Positions 38,518 through 57,861 of a stretch of DNA of 64,000 nucleotides are shown here, in pieces. This stretch comes from the human T2T-CHM13v2.0 reference genome, Homo sapiens. Numbering within the stretch: position 1 is the stretch's first letter; each line of letters opens with the position of its first letter. The stretch lies in the NCBI RefSeq assembly GCF_009914755.1, contig NC_060948.1; one strand, 5' to 3'. The notes beneath the pieces are model-generated. The model had not been told where the DNA came from. It worked only from the letters and a program-made list of their open reading frames with translations, and searched no databases. The position numbers and the translations under genes were made by a program.

Positions 38518-40615
38518 AGATCCATATTCTTTAAATGAAAAAAAATTTCAAAGGTACTCTGCTTGGTACAATAATCAAATGTATAAACTGAGGAATAAAA
38601 CATAACCATGAAACCTACTTATAACTGCATATGGAAAATACAGAGGATAATTTTTTAAATAACAAATTTTGAAAGCCTTAACTAGTAATTTGAAGAGCTG
38701 GCATTTGAACGGCCAGTATGAATATACCTTCAAAGCAGCAACACAGGTTCCCCATGAGAAAAAGCAAACACAGGGAAAGTAAAAACACAAAGGTTCAATC
38801 TCTTCTGACCTTTGAAAGACACAGCACAGACAGTGGTCCTTAGGACGAAGAGCAGGAGACCCCTAATTCCGTCACCATGGCGATAGGGCATAAACATTGC
38901 TGGGTGAGGGCACAATCCACATTGTGAGGTCCAACTGCTGCCAGGAAGACAGGAGTGCTTTTACATAGACCGAAAGGTCATTGAAGGCTCAGAGTTTTGT
39001 TTCAAGAACTGAATCCCAAGCCCACACGTTATTAGGCTGCGCTTCTTAAAACAAGTTATGAGATGGGAAAAAGGGCACCCACAAACATACGTATACATTA
39101 TGTATATAATAATATAGAGTGTCATATATATAATATATATAACCTATGTATAATATTGTTTTACATCCTGCATCTTATGTTATATATATTGTATAAAATA
39201 TAATAATTGATAATATATAAGTTTTATATTTATACAATATGACATATAGTATATATTATAATTTATGACATATATAATATATGTTATATATCATATATAG
39301 AATATATTATACGGTTAATATACGTATTAAATATAAATTATACATTATATATATTATATATAATATATCTGTTATGTATAATACCCATCATGCATAATAT
39401 ATATATTATGTCTATGTTATATATAGTATAAAACAACATATAATAATATATAATTGTATATATAAAATGCGACATATAATATATATTATATTTTATAACA
39501 TATGTAATATATATTATATATAATACGTTGTATGTATAATACCTATATTAAATATATATTATATGACTATGTTATTAATTACATGTCACATGTGTTATAT
39601 ATTATATATTTTACATAGAATATACCGGTTACATACAATATATACTATGTTACCTATAATGTATAATTTTTTACATGTAAAATAAAGAATGCAATATATT
39701 ATGTAAAATTTATAATATACCATATGTGGAATGTGATATATATAAAATATAATATATGATATATGATATACAGTATATGATATATAACATACAATATATG
39801 ATTCCTAATATATATGGTATACAATATATATTTTATGATATGTATTCTATATGTTTTATATTCTGTTATATATAACTATTTGAAATTATATATAACTGTA
39901 TAATATTTTATGTAAATATGTAATATAATATATATAACTATATAATATATTATATATAACTATATATAATGTTATATATACTTTTATAACATAATTTACA
40001 TAAAATATCATAATATAATATATATTATATTATTTCATATTACATAATATATATCACATATCACCCAATATAACTAACATACATAATATTATAATATAGA
40101 TTATATTGTGTTATATTAAATATCATATATATCATGTATCATATATTCTATAATATATATTACACATTATATATTATGTATGTTGTCTATTATGTGATAT
40201 ATATAACTTTATATATAATTATATTTTTATACATATAACTAGATAAACATGTAATTCTACATATTTTCATTTATAATATGTAGAATTATATAATCATATA
40301 TAATTATTTATATTCTATAAAAAATTTTATCATTATATAAATTATAATATATAAAAATTATAATATGTACTACAAATATATATATTATATATCATATATG
40401 CAATAGTACCTTTGTTATATATCATAATACATATAAATGTGTATTATGTTATCTATAATTATATAATTTCATATATAAGTTGTATAATATGTAACATATA
40501 TTATATATGTTATGTAATATATATAGTATATATAAGATGACACAGGATAAATATTATATACTATGACATATAAAATATATGAGGTTATATGTTACATATA
40601 AGGCATAGCACATAA

Positions 40616-40930
<315 letters not shown>

Positions 40931-43028
40931 AGATCCATATTCTTTAAATGAAAAAAAATTTCAAAGGTACTCTGCTTGGTACAATAATCAAATGTATAAA
41001 CTGAGGAATAAAACATAACCATGAAACCTACTTATAACTGCATATGGAAAATACAGAGGATAATTTTTTAAATAACAAATTTTGAAAGCCTTAACTAGTA
41101 ATTTGAAGAGCTGGCATTTGAAAGGCCAGTATGAATATACCTTCAAAGCAGCAACACAGGTTCCCCATGAGAAAAAGCAAACACAGGGAAAGTAAAAACA
41201 CAAAGGTTCAATCTCTTCTGACCTTTGAAAGACACAGCACAGACAGTGGTCCTTAGGACGAAGAGCAGGAGACCCCTAATTCCGTCACCATGGCGATAGG
41301 GCATAAACATTGCTGGGTGAGGGCACAATCCACATTGTGAGGTCCAACTGCTGCCAGGAAGACAGGAGTGCTTTTACATAGACCGAAAGGTCATTGAAGG
41401 CTCAGAGTTTTGTTTCAAGAACTGAATCCCAAGCCCACACGTTATTAGGCTGAGCTTCTTAAAACAAGTTATGAGATGGGAAAAAGGGCACCCACAAACA
41501 TACGTATACATTATGTATATAATAATATAGAGTGTCATATATATAATATATATAACCTATGTATAATATTGTTTTACATCCTGCATCTTATGTTATATAT
41601 ATTGTATAAAATATAATAATTGATAATATATAAGTTTTATATTTATACAATATGACATATAGTATATATTATAATTTATGACATATATAATATATGTTAT
41701 ATATCATATATAGAATATATTATACGGTTAATATACGTATTAAATATAAATTATACATTATATATATTATATATAATATATCTGTTATGTATAATACCCA
41801 TCATGCATAATATATATATTATGTCTATGTTATATATAGTATAAAACAACATATAATAATATATAATTGTATATATAAAATGCGACATATAATATATATT
41901 ATATTTTATAACATATGTAATATATATTATATATAATACGTTGTATGTATAATACCTATATTAAATATATATTATATGACTATGTTATTAATTACATGTC
42001 ACATGTGTTATATATTATATATTTTACATAGAATATACCGGTTACATACAATATATACTATGTTACCTATAATGTATAATTTTTTACATGTAAAATAAAG
42101 AATGCAATATATTATGTAAAATTTATAATATACCATATGTGGAATGTGATATATATAAAATATAATATATGATATATGATATACAGTATATGATATATAA
42201 CATACAATATATGATTCCTAATATATATGGTATACAATATATATTTTATGATATGTATTCTATATGTTTTATATTCTGTTATATATAACTATTTGAAATT
42301 ATATATAACTGTATAATATTTTATGTAAATATGTAATATAATATATATAACTATATAATATATTATATATAACTATATATAATGTTATATATACTTTTAT
42401 AACATAATTTACATAAAATATCATAATATAATATATATTATATTATTTCATATTACATAATATATATTACATATCACCCAATATAACTAACATACATAAT
42501 ATTATAATATAGATTATATTGTGTTATATTAAATATCATATATATCATGTATCATATATTCTATAATATATATTACACATTATATATTATGTATGTTGTC
42601 TATTATGTGATATATATAACTATATATATAATTATATTTTTATACATATAACTAGATAAACATGTAATTCTACATATTTTCATTTATAATATGTAGAATT
42701 ATATAATCATATATAATTATTTATATTCTATAAAAAATTTTATCATTATATAAATTATAATATATAAAAATTATAATATGTACTACAAATATATATATTA
42801 TATATCATATATGCAATAGTACCTTTGTTATATATCATAATACATATAAATGTGTATTATGTTATCTATAATTATATAATTTCATATATAAGTTGTATAA
42901 TATGTAACATATATTATATATGTTATGTAATATATATAGTATATATAAGATGACACAGGATAAATATTATATACTATGACATATAAAATATATGAGGTTA
43001 TATGTTACATATAAGGCATAGCACATAA

Positions 43029-43343
<315 letters not shown>

Positions 43344-45447
43344 AGATCCATATTTTTTAAATGAAAAGAAATTTCAAAGGTACTCTGCTTGGTACAATAA
43401 TCAAATGTATAAACTGAGGAATAAAACATAACCATGAAACCTACTTATAACTGCATATGGAAAATACAGAGGATAATTTTTTAAATAACATATTTTGAAA
43501 GCCTTAACTAGTAATTTGAAGAGTTGGCATTTCAAAGGCCAGTATGAATATACCTTCAAAGCAGCAACACAGGTTCCCCATGAGAAAAAGCAAACACAGG
43601 GAAAATAAAAACACAAAGGTTCAATCTCTTCTGACCTTTGAAAGACACAGCACAGACAGTGGTCCTTAGGACGAAGAGCAGGAGACCCCTAATTCCGTCA
43701 CCATGGCGATAGGGCAGAAACATTGCTGGGTGAGGGCACAATCCACATTGTGAGGTCCAACTGCTGCCAGGAAGACAGGAGTGCTTTTACATAGACCGAA
43801 AGGTCATTGAAGGCTCAGAGTTTTGTTTCAAGAACTGAATCCCAAGCCCACACGTTATTAGGCTGCGCTTCTTAAAACAAGTTATGAGATGGGAAAAAGG
43901 GCACCCACAAACATACGTATACATTATGTATATAATAATATACAGTATCATATATATAATATATATAACCTATGTATAATATTGTTTTACATCCTGCATC
44001 TTATGTTATATATATTGTATAAAATATAATAATTGATAATATATAAGTTTTATAATTATACAATATGACATATAGTATATATTATAATTTATGACATATA
44101 TAATATATGTTATATGTCATATATAGAATATATTATACGGTTAACATACGTATTAAATATAAATTATACATTATATATATTATATATAATATATCTGTTA
44201 TATATAATACCCATTATGCTTAATATATATATTATGTCTATGTTATATATAGTATAAAACAACATATAATAATATATAATTGTATATATAAAATGCGACA
44301 TATAATATATATTATATTTTATAACATATGTAATATATATTATATATTATATATAATACGTTGTATGTATAATACCTATATTAAATATATATTATATGAC
44401 TATGTTATTAATTACATGTCACATGTGTTATATATTATATATTTTACATAGAATATACCGGTTGCATACAATATATACTATGTTACCTATAATGTATAAT
44501 TTATTACCTGTAAAATAAAGATTGCAATATATTATGTAAAATTTATAATATACCATATGTGGAATGTCATATATATAACATATAATATATGATATATGAT
44601 ATACAGTATATGATATATAACATACAATATATGATTCCTAATATATATGGTATACAATATATATTTTATGATATGTATTCTATATGTTTTATATTCTGTT
44701 ATATATAACTATTTGAAATTATATATAACTGTATAATATTTTATGTAAATATGTAATATAATATATATAATATATAATATATTATATATAACTATATATT
44801 ATGTTATATATACTTTTATAACATAATTTACATAAAATATCATAATATAATATATATTATATTATTTCATATTACATAATATATATTACATATCACACAA
44901 TATAACTAACATACATAATATTATAATATAGATTATATTGTGTTATATTAAATATCATATATATCATGTATCATATATTCTATAATATATATTACACATT
45001 ATATATTATGTATGTTGTCTATTATGTGATATATATAACTATATATATAATTATATTTTTATACATATAACTAGATAAACATGTAATTCTACATATTTTC
45101 ATTTATAATATGTAGAATTATATAATCATATATAATTATTTATATTCTATAAAAAATTTTATCATTATATAAATTATAATATATAAAAATTATAATATGT
45201 ACTACAAATATATATATTATATATCATATATGATATAGTACCTTTGTTATATATCATAATACATATAAATGTGTATTATGTTATCTATAATTATATAATT
45301 TCATATATAAGATGTATAATATGTATCATATATTATATATGTTATGTAATATATATAGTATATATAAGATGACACAGGATAAATATTATATACTATGACA
45401 TATAAAATATATGAGGTTATATGTTACATATAAGGCATAGCACATAA

Positions 45448-45762
<315 letters not shown>

Positions 45763-47866
45763 AGATCCATATTTTTTAAATGAAAAAAAATTTCAAAGGT
45801 ACTCTGCTTGGTACAATAATCAAATGTATAAACTGAGGAATAAAACATAACCATGAAACCTACTTATAACTGCATATGGAAAATACAGAGGATAATTTTT
45901 TAAATAACATATTTTGAAAGCCTTAACTAGTAATTTGAAGAGTTGGCATTTGAAAGGCCAGTATGAATATACCTTCAAAGCAGCAACACAGGTTCCCCAT
46001 GAGAAAAAGCAAACACAGGGAAAATAAAAACACAAAGGTTCAATCTCTTCTGACCTTTGAAAGACACAGCACAGACAGTGGTCCTTAGGACGAAGAGCAG
46101 GAGACCCCTAATTCCGTCACCATGGCGATAGGGCATAAACATTGCTGGGTGAGGGCACAATCCACATTGTGAGGTCCAACTGCTGCCAGGAAGACAGGAG
46201 TGCTTTTACATAGACCGAAAGGTCATTGAAGGCTCAGAGTTTTGTTTCAAGAACTGAATCCCAAGCCCACACGTTATTAGGCTGCGCTTCTTAAAACAAG
46301 TTATGAGATGGGAGAAAGGGCACCCACAAACATACGTATACATTATGTATATAATAATATACAGTATCATATATATAATATATATAACCTATGTATAATA
46401 TTGTTTTACATCCTGCATCTTATGTTATATATATTGTATAAAATATAATAATTGATAATATATAAGTTTTATAATTATACAATATGACATATAGTATATA
46501 TTATAATTTATGACATATATAATATATGTTATATGTCATATATAGAATATATTATATGGTTAACATACGTATTAAATATAAATTATACATTATATATATT
46601 ATATATAATATATCTGTTATATATAATACCCATTATGCATAATATATATATTATGTCTATGTTATATATAGTATAAAACAACATATAATAATATATAATT
46701 GTATATATAAAATGCGACATATAATATATATTATATTTTATAACATATGTAATATATATTATATATTATATATAATACGTTGTATGTATAATACCTATAT
46801 TAAATATATATTATATGACTATGTTATTAATTACATGTCACATGTGTTATATATTATATATTTTACATAGAATATACCGGTTACATACAATATATACTAT
46901 GTTACCTATAATGTATAATTTATTACCTGTAAAATAAAGATTGCAATATATTATGTAAAATTTATAATATACCATATGTGGAATGTCATATATATAACAT
47001 ATAATATATGATATATGATATACAGTATATGATATATAACATACAATATATGATTCCTAATATATATGGTATACAATATATATTTTATGATATGTATTCT
47101 ATATGTTTTATATTCTGTTATATATAACTATTTGAAATTATATATAACTGTATAATATTTTATGTAAATATGTAATATAATATATATAATATATAATATA
47201 TTATATATTACTATATATTATGTTATATATACTTTTATGACATAATTTACATAAAATATCATAATATAATATATATTATATTATTTCATATTACATAATA
47301 TATATTACATATCACCCAATATAACTAACATACATAATATTATAATATAGATTATATTATGTTATATTAAATATCATATATATCATGTATCATATATTCT
47401 ATAATATATATTACACATTATATAATATGTATGTTGTCTATTATGTGATATATATAACTATATATATAATTATATTTTTATACATATAACTAGATAAACA
47501 TGTAATTCTACATATTTTCATTTATAATATGTAGAATTATATAATCATATATAATTATTTATATTGTATAAAAAATTTTATCATTATATAAATTATAATA
47601 TATAAAAATTATAATATGTACTACAAATATATATATTATATATCATATATGATATAGTACCTTTGTTATATATCATAATACATATAAATGTGTATTATGT
47701 TATCTATAATTATATAATTTCATATATAAGATGTATAATATGTATCATATATTATATATGTTATGTAATATATATAGTATATATAAGATGACACAGGATA
47801 AATATTATATACTATGACATATAAAATATATGAGGTTATATGTTACATATAAGGCATAGCACATAA

Positions 47867-48181
<315 letters not shown>

Positions 48182-50286
48182 AGATCCATATTTTTTAAAT
48201 GAAAAAAAATTTCAAAGGTACTCTGCTTGGTACAATAATCAAATGTATAAACTGAGGAATAAAACATAACCATGAAACCTACTTATAACTGCATATGGAA
48301 AATACAGAGGATAATTTTTTAAATAACATATTTTGAAAGCCTTAACTAGTAATTTGAAGAGTTGGCATTTGAAAGGCCAGTATGAATATACCTTCAAAGC
48401 AGCAACACAGGTTCCCCATGAGAAAAAGCAAACACAGGGAAAATAAAAACACAAAGGTTCAATCTCTTCTGACCTTTGAAAGACACAGCACAGACAGTGG
48501 TCCTTAGGACGAAGAGCAGGAGACCCCTAATTCCGTCACCATGGCGATAGGGCATAAACATTGCTGGGTGAGGGCACAATCCACATTGTGAGGTCCAACT
48601 GCTGCCAGGAAGACAGGAGTGCTTTTACATAGACTGAAAGGTCATTGAAGGCTCAGAGTTTTGTTTCAAGAACTGAATCCCAAGCCCACACGTTATTAGG
48701 CTGCGCTTCTTAAAACAAGTTATGAGATGGGAAAAAGGGCACCCACAAACATACGTATACATTATGTATATAATAATATACAGTATCATATATATAATAT
48801 ATATAACCTATGTATAATATTGTTTTACATCCTGCATCTTATGTTATATATATTGTATAAAATATAATAATTGATAATATATAAGTTTTATAATTATACA
48901 ATATGACATATAGTATATATTATAATTTATGACATATATAATATATGTTATATGTCATATATAAAATATATTATACGGTTAATATACGTATTAAATATAA
49001 ATTATACATTCTATATATTATATATAATATATCTGTTATATATAATACCCATTATGCATAATATATATATTATGTCTATGTTATATATAGTATAAAACAA
49101 CATATAATAATATATAATTGTATATATAAAATGCGACACATAATATATATTATATTTTATAACATATGTAATATATATTATATATTATATATAATACGTT
49201 GTATGTATAATACCTATATTAAATATATATTATATGACTATGTTATTAATTACATGTCACATTTGTTATATATTATATATTTTACATAGAATATACCGGT
49301 TACATACAATTTATACTATGTTACCTATAATGTATTATTTATTACATGTAAAATAAAGAATGCAATATATTATGTACAATTTATAATATACCATATGTGG
49401 AATGTCATATATATAACATATAATATATGATATATGATATACAGTATATGATATATAACATACAATATATGATTCCTAATACATATGGCATACAATATAT
49501 ATTTTATGATATGTATTCTATATGTTTTATATTCTGTTATATATAACTATTTGAAATTATATATAACTGTATAATATTTTATGTAAATATGTATTATAAT
49601 ATATATAACTATATAATATATTATATATAACTATATATTATGTTATATATACTTTTATAACATAATTTACATAAAATATCATAACATAATATATATTATA
49701 TTATTTCATATTACATAATATATATTACATATCACCCAATATAACTAACATACATAATATTATAATATAGATTATATTATGTTATATTAAATATCATATA
49801 TATCATGTATCATATATTCTATAATATATATTACACATTATATAATATGTATGTTGTCTATTATGTGATATATATAACTATATATATAATTATATTTTTA
49901 TACATATAACTAGATAAACATGTAATTCTACATATTTTCATTTATAATATGTAGAATTATATAATCATATATAATTATTTATATTCTATAAAAAATTTTA
50001 TCATTATATAAATTATAATATATAAAAATTATAATATGTACTACAAATATATATATTATATATCATATATGCTATAGTACCTTTGTTATATATCATAATA
50101 CATATAAATGTGTATTATGTTATCTATAATTATATAATTTCATATATAAGTTGTATAATATGTATCATATATTATATATGTTATGTAATATATATAGTAT
50201 ATATAAGATGACACAGGATAAATATTATATACTATGACATATAAAATATATGAGGTTATATGTTACATATAAGGCATAGCACATAA

Positions 50287-50601
<315 letters not shown>

Positions 50602-52706
50602 AGATCCATATTTTTTAAATGAAAAAAAATTTCAAAGGTACTCTGCTTGGTACAATAATCAAATGTATAAACTGAGGAATAAAACATAACCATGAAACCT
50701 ACTTATAACTGCATATGGAAAATACAGAGGATAATTTTTTAAATAACATATTTTGAAAGCCTTAACTAGTAATTTGAAGAGCTGGCATTTGAAAGGCCAG
50801 TATGAATATACCTTCAAAGCAGCAACACAGGTTCCCCATGAGAAAAAGCAAACACAGGGAAAATAAAAACACAAAGGTTCAATCTCTTCTGACCTTTGAA
50901 AGACACAGCACAGACAGTGGTCCTTAGGACGAAGAGCAGGAGACCCCTAATTCCGTCACCATGGCGATAGGGCATAAACATTGCTGGGTGAGGGCACAAT
51001 CCACATTGTGAGGTCCAACTGCTGCCAGGAAGACAGGAGTGCTTTTACATAGACCGAAAGGTCATTGAAGGCTCAGAGTTTTGTTTCAAGAACTGAATCC
51101 CAAGCCCACACGTTATTAGGCTGCGCTTCTTTAAACAAGTTATGAGATGGGAAAAAGGGCACCCACAAACATACGTATACATTATGTATATAATAATATA
51201 CAGTATCATATATATAATATATATAACCTATGTATAATATTGTTTTACATCCTGCATCTTATGTTATATATATTGTATAAAATATAATAATTGATAATAT
51301 ATAAGTTTTATATTTATACAATATGACATATAGTATATATTATAATTTATGACATATATAATATATGTTATATATCATATATAGAATATATTATACGGTT
51401 AATATACGTATTAAATATAAATTATACATTATATATATTATATATAATATATCTGTTATATATAATACCCATTATGCATAATATATATATTATGTCTATG
51501 TTATATATAGTATAAAACAACATATAATAATATATAATTGTATATATAAAATGCGACATATAATATATATTATATTTTATGACATATGTAATATATATTA
51601 TATATTATATATAATACGTTGTATGTATAATACCTATATTAAATATATATTATATGACTATGTTATTAATTACATGTCACATGTGTTATATATTATTTAT
51701 TTTACATAGAATATACCGGTTACATACAATATATACTATGTTACCTATAATGTATAATTTATTACATGTAAAATAAAGAATGCAATATATTATGTATAAT
51801 TTATAATATACCATATGTGGAATGTGATATATATAACATATAATATATGATATATGATATACAGTATATGATATATAACATACAATATATGATTCCTAAT
51901 ATATATGGTATACTATATATATTTTATGATATATATTCTATATGTTTTATATTCTGTTATATATAACTATTTGAAATTATATATAACTGTATAATATTTT
52001 ATGTAAATATGTAATATAATATATATAACTATATAATATATTATATATAACTATATATTATGTTATATATACTTTTATAACATAATTTACCTAAAATATC
52101 ATAATATAATATATATTATATTATTTCATATTACATAATATATATTACATATCACCCAATATAACTAACATACATAATATTATAATATAGATTATATTGT
52201 GTTATATTAAATATCATATATATCATGTATCATATATTCTATAATATATATTACACATTATATAATATGTATGTTGTCTATTATGTGATATATATAACTA
52301 TATATATAATTATATTTTTATACATATAACTAGATAAACATGTAATTCTACATATTTTCATTTATAATATGTAGAATTATATAATCATATATAATTATTT
52401 ATATTCTATAAAAAATTTTATCTTTATATAAATTATAATATATAAAAATTATAATATGTACTTCAAATATATATATTATATATCATATATGCTATAGTAC
52501 CTTTGTTATATATCATAATACATATAAATGTGTATTATGTTATCTATAATTATATAATTTCATATATAAGTTGTATAATATGTAACATATATTATATATG
52601 TTATGTAATATATATAGTATATATAAGATGACACAGGATAAATATTATATACTATGACATATAAAATATATGAGGTTATATGTTACATATAAGGCATAGC
52701 ACATAA

Positions 52707-53021
<315 letters not shown>

Positions 53022-55149
53022 AGATCCATATTCTTTAAATGAAAAAAAATTTCAAAGGTACTCTGCTTGGTACAATAATCAAATGTATAAACTGAGGAAT
53101 AAAACATAACCATGAAACCTACTTATAACTGCATATGGAAAATACAGAGGATAATTTTTTAAATAACATATTTTGAAAGCCTTAACTAGTAATTTGAAGA
53201 GCTGGCATTTGAAAGGCCAGTATGAATATACCTTCAAAGCAGCAACACAGGTTCCCCATGAGAAAAAGCAAACACAGGGAAAGTAAAAACACAAAGGTTC
53301 AATCTCTTCTGACCTTTGAAAGACACAGCACAGACAGTGGTCCTTAGGACGAAGAGCAGGAGACCCCTAATTCCGTCACCATGGCGATAGGGCATAAACA
53401 TTGCTGGGTGAGGGCACAATCCACATTGTGAGGTCCAACTGCTGCCAGGAAGACAGGAGTGCTTTTACATAGACCGAAAGGTCATTGAAGGCTCAGAGTT
53501 TTGTTTCAAGAACTGAATCCCAAGCCCACACGTTATTAGGCTGCGCTTCTTAAAACAAGTTATGAGATGGGAAAAAGGGCACCCACAAACATACGTATAC
53601 ATTATGTATATAATAATATACAGTATCATATATATAATATATATAACCTATGTATAATATTGTTTTACATCCTGCATCTTATGTTATATATATTGTATAA
53701 AATATAATAATTGATAATATATAAGTTTTATAATTATACAATAAGACATATAGTATATATTATAATTTATGACATATGTAATATATGTTATATCTCATAT
53801 ATAGATTATATTATACGGTTAATATACGTATTAAATATAAATTATACATTATATATATTATATATAATATATCTGTTATATATAATACCCATTATGCATA
53901 ATATATATATTATGTCTATGTTATATATAGTATAAAACAACATATAATAATATATAATTGTATATATAAAATGCGACATATAATATATATTATATTTTAT
54001 AACATATGTAATATATATTATATATTATATATAATATGTTGTATGTATAATACCTATATTAAATATATATTATATGACTATGTTATTAATTACATGTCAC
54101 ATGTGTTATATATTATATATTTTACATAGAATATACCGGTTACATACAACATATACTATGTTACCTATAATGTATAATTTATTACATGTAAAATAAAGAA
54201 TGCAATATATTATGTATAATTTATAATATACCATATGTGGAATGTGATATATATAACATATAATATATGATATATGATATACAGTATATGATATATAACA
54301 TACAATATATGATTCCTAATATATATGGTATACAATATATATTTTATGATATGTATTCTATATGTTTTATATTCTGTTATATATAACTATTTGAAATTAT
54401 ATATAACTGTATAATATTTTATGTAAATATGTAATATAATATATATAACTATATAATATATTATATATAACTATATATTATATTATATATACTTTTATAA
54501 CATAATTTACATAAAATATCATAATATAATATATATTATATTATTTCATATTATATAATACATATTACATATCACCCAATATAACTAACATACATAATAT
54601 TATAATATAGATTATATTATGTTATATTAAATATCATATATATCATGTATCATATATTCTATAATATATATTACACATTATATAATATGTATGTTGTCTA
54701 ATATGTGATATATATAACTATATATATAATTATATTTTTATACATATAACTAGATAAACCTGTAATTCTACATATTTTCACTTATAATATGTAGAATTAT
54801 ATAATCATATATAATTATTTATATTCTATAAAAAATTTTATCATTATATAAATTATAATATATAAAAATTATAATATGTACTACAAATATATATATTATA
54901 TATCACATATGCTATAGTACCTTTGTTATATATCATAATACATATAAATGTGTATTATGTTATCTATAATTATATAATTTCATATATAAGTTGTATAATA
55001 TGTATCATATATTATATATGTTATGTAATATATATAGTATATATAAGATGACACAGGATAAATATTATATACTATGACATATAAAATATATGAGGTTATA
55101 TGTTACATATAAGGCATAGCACATAACATGTAATATATATCATATATAA

Positions 55150-55441
55150 TTTTTTTTTAGACAGAATCTTGTCCTGTTGCACAGGGTGGGCTACAATGGC
55201 GCCATCTTTGCTCACTGCAACTTCTGCCTCACGGGTCCAAGCGATTGTCCTCCCTCAGCCTCCCAGGTAGCTGGGACTACACCACACTGGGACTACACCA
55301 GCTGCCACCATGCCTAGCTAATTTTTTGGATTTTTAGTAGTGACAGCGTTTCACTGTATTGGCCAGGATGGTCTTGATCTCTTCACCTTGTGATCCCCTT
55401 GCCTTGGCCTCCAAATTTGCTGGGATTACAGGCCTGAGCCA
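55150..55441 (-). mobile_element. Alu fragment within DYZ2 unit
   Basis: Copy of 1977-2268. Confidence 0.95.
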
Positions 55442-57546
55442 AGATCCATATTTTTTAAATGAAAAGAAATTTCAAAGGTACTCTGCTTGGTACAATAATC
55501 AAATGTATAAACTGAGGAATAAAACATAACCATGAAACCTACTTATAACTGCATATGGAAAATACAGAGGATAATTTTTTAAATAACATATTTTGAAAGC
55601 CTTAACTAGTAATTTGAAGAGTTGGCATTTGAAAGGCCAGTATGAATATACCTTCAAAGCAGCAACACAGGTTCCCCATGAGAAAAAGCAAACACAGGGA
55701 AAATAAAAACACAAAGGTTCAATCTCTTCTGACCTTTGAAAGACACAGCACAGACAGTGGTCCTTAGGACGAAGAGCAGGAGACCCCTAATTCCGTCACC
55801 ATGGCGATAGGGCATAAACATTGCTGGGTGAGGGCACAATCCACATTGTGAGGTCCAACTGCTGCCAGGAAGACAGGAGTGCTTTTACATAGACCGAAAG
55901 GTCATTGAAGGCTCAGAGTTTTGTTTCAAGAACTGAATCCCAAGCCCACACGTTATTAGGCTGCGCTTCTTAAAACAAGTTATGAGATGGGAAAAAGGGC
56001 ACCCACAAACATACGTATACATTATGTATATAATAATATACAGTATCATATATATAATATATATAACCTATGTATAATATTGTTTTACATCCTGCATCTT
56101 ATGTTATATATATTGTATAAAATATAATAATTGATAATATATAAGTTTTATAATTATACAATATGACATATAGTATATATTATAATTTATGACATATATA
56201 ATATATGTTATATGTCATATATAGAATATATTATACGGTTAACATACGTATTAAATATAAATTATACATTATATATATTATATATAATATATCTGTTATA
56301 TATAATACCCATTATGCATAATATATATATTATGTCTATGTTATATATAGTATAAAACAACATATAATAATATATAATTGTATATATAAAATGCGACATA
56401 TAATATATATTATATTTTATAACATATGTAATATATATTATATATTATATATAATACGTTGTATGTATAATACCAATATTAAATATATATTATATGACTA
56501 TGTTATTAATTACATGTCACATGTGTTATATATTATATATTTTACATAGAATATACCGGTTACATACAATATATACTATGTTACCTATAATGTATAATTT
56601 ATTACATGTAAAATAAAGAATGCAATATATTATGTATAATTTATAATATACCATATGTGGAATATGATATATATAACATATAATATATGATATATGATAT
56701 ACAGTATATGATATATGACATACAATATATGATTCCTAATATATATGGTATACAATATATATTTTATGATATGTATTCTACATGTTTTATATTCTGTTAT
56801 ATATAACTATTTGAAATTATATATAACTGTATAATATTTTATGTAAATATGTAATATAATATATATAACTATATAATATACTATATATAACTATATATTA
56901 TGTTATATATACTTTTATAACATAATTTACATAAAATATCATAATATAATATATATTATATTATTTCATATTACATAATATATATTACATATCACCCAAT
57001 ATAACTAACATACATAATATTATAATATAGATTATATTGTGTTATATTAAATATCATATATATCATGTATCATATATTCTATAATATATATTACACATTA
57101 TATAATATGTATGTTGTCTATTATGTGATATATATAACTCTATATATAATTATATTATTATACATATAACTAGATAAACATGTAATTCTACATATTTTCA
57201 TTTATAATATGTAGAATTATATAATCATATATAATTATTTATATTCTATAAAAAATTTTATCATTATATAAATTATAATATATAAAAATTATAATATGTA
57301 CTACAAATATATATATTATATATCATATATGATATAGTACCTTTGTTATATATCATAATACATATAAATGTGTATTATGTTATCTATAATTATATAATTT
57401 CATATATAAGATGTATAATATGTATCATATATTATATATGTTATGTAATATATATAGTATATATAAGATGACACAGGATAAATATTATATACTATGACAT
57501 ATAAAATATATGAGGTTATATGTTACATATAAGGCATAGCACATAA

Positions 57547-57861
<315 letters not shown>
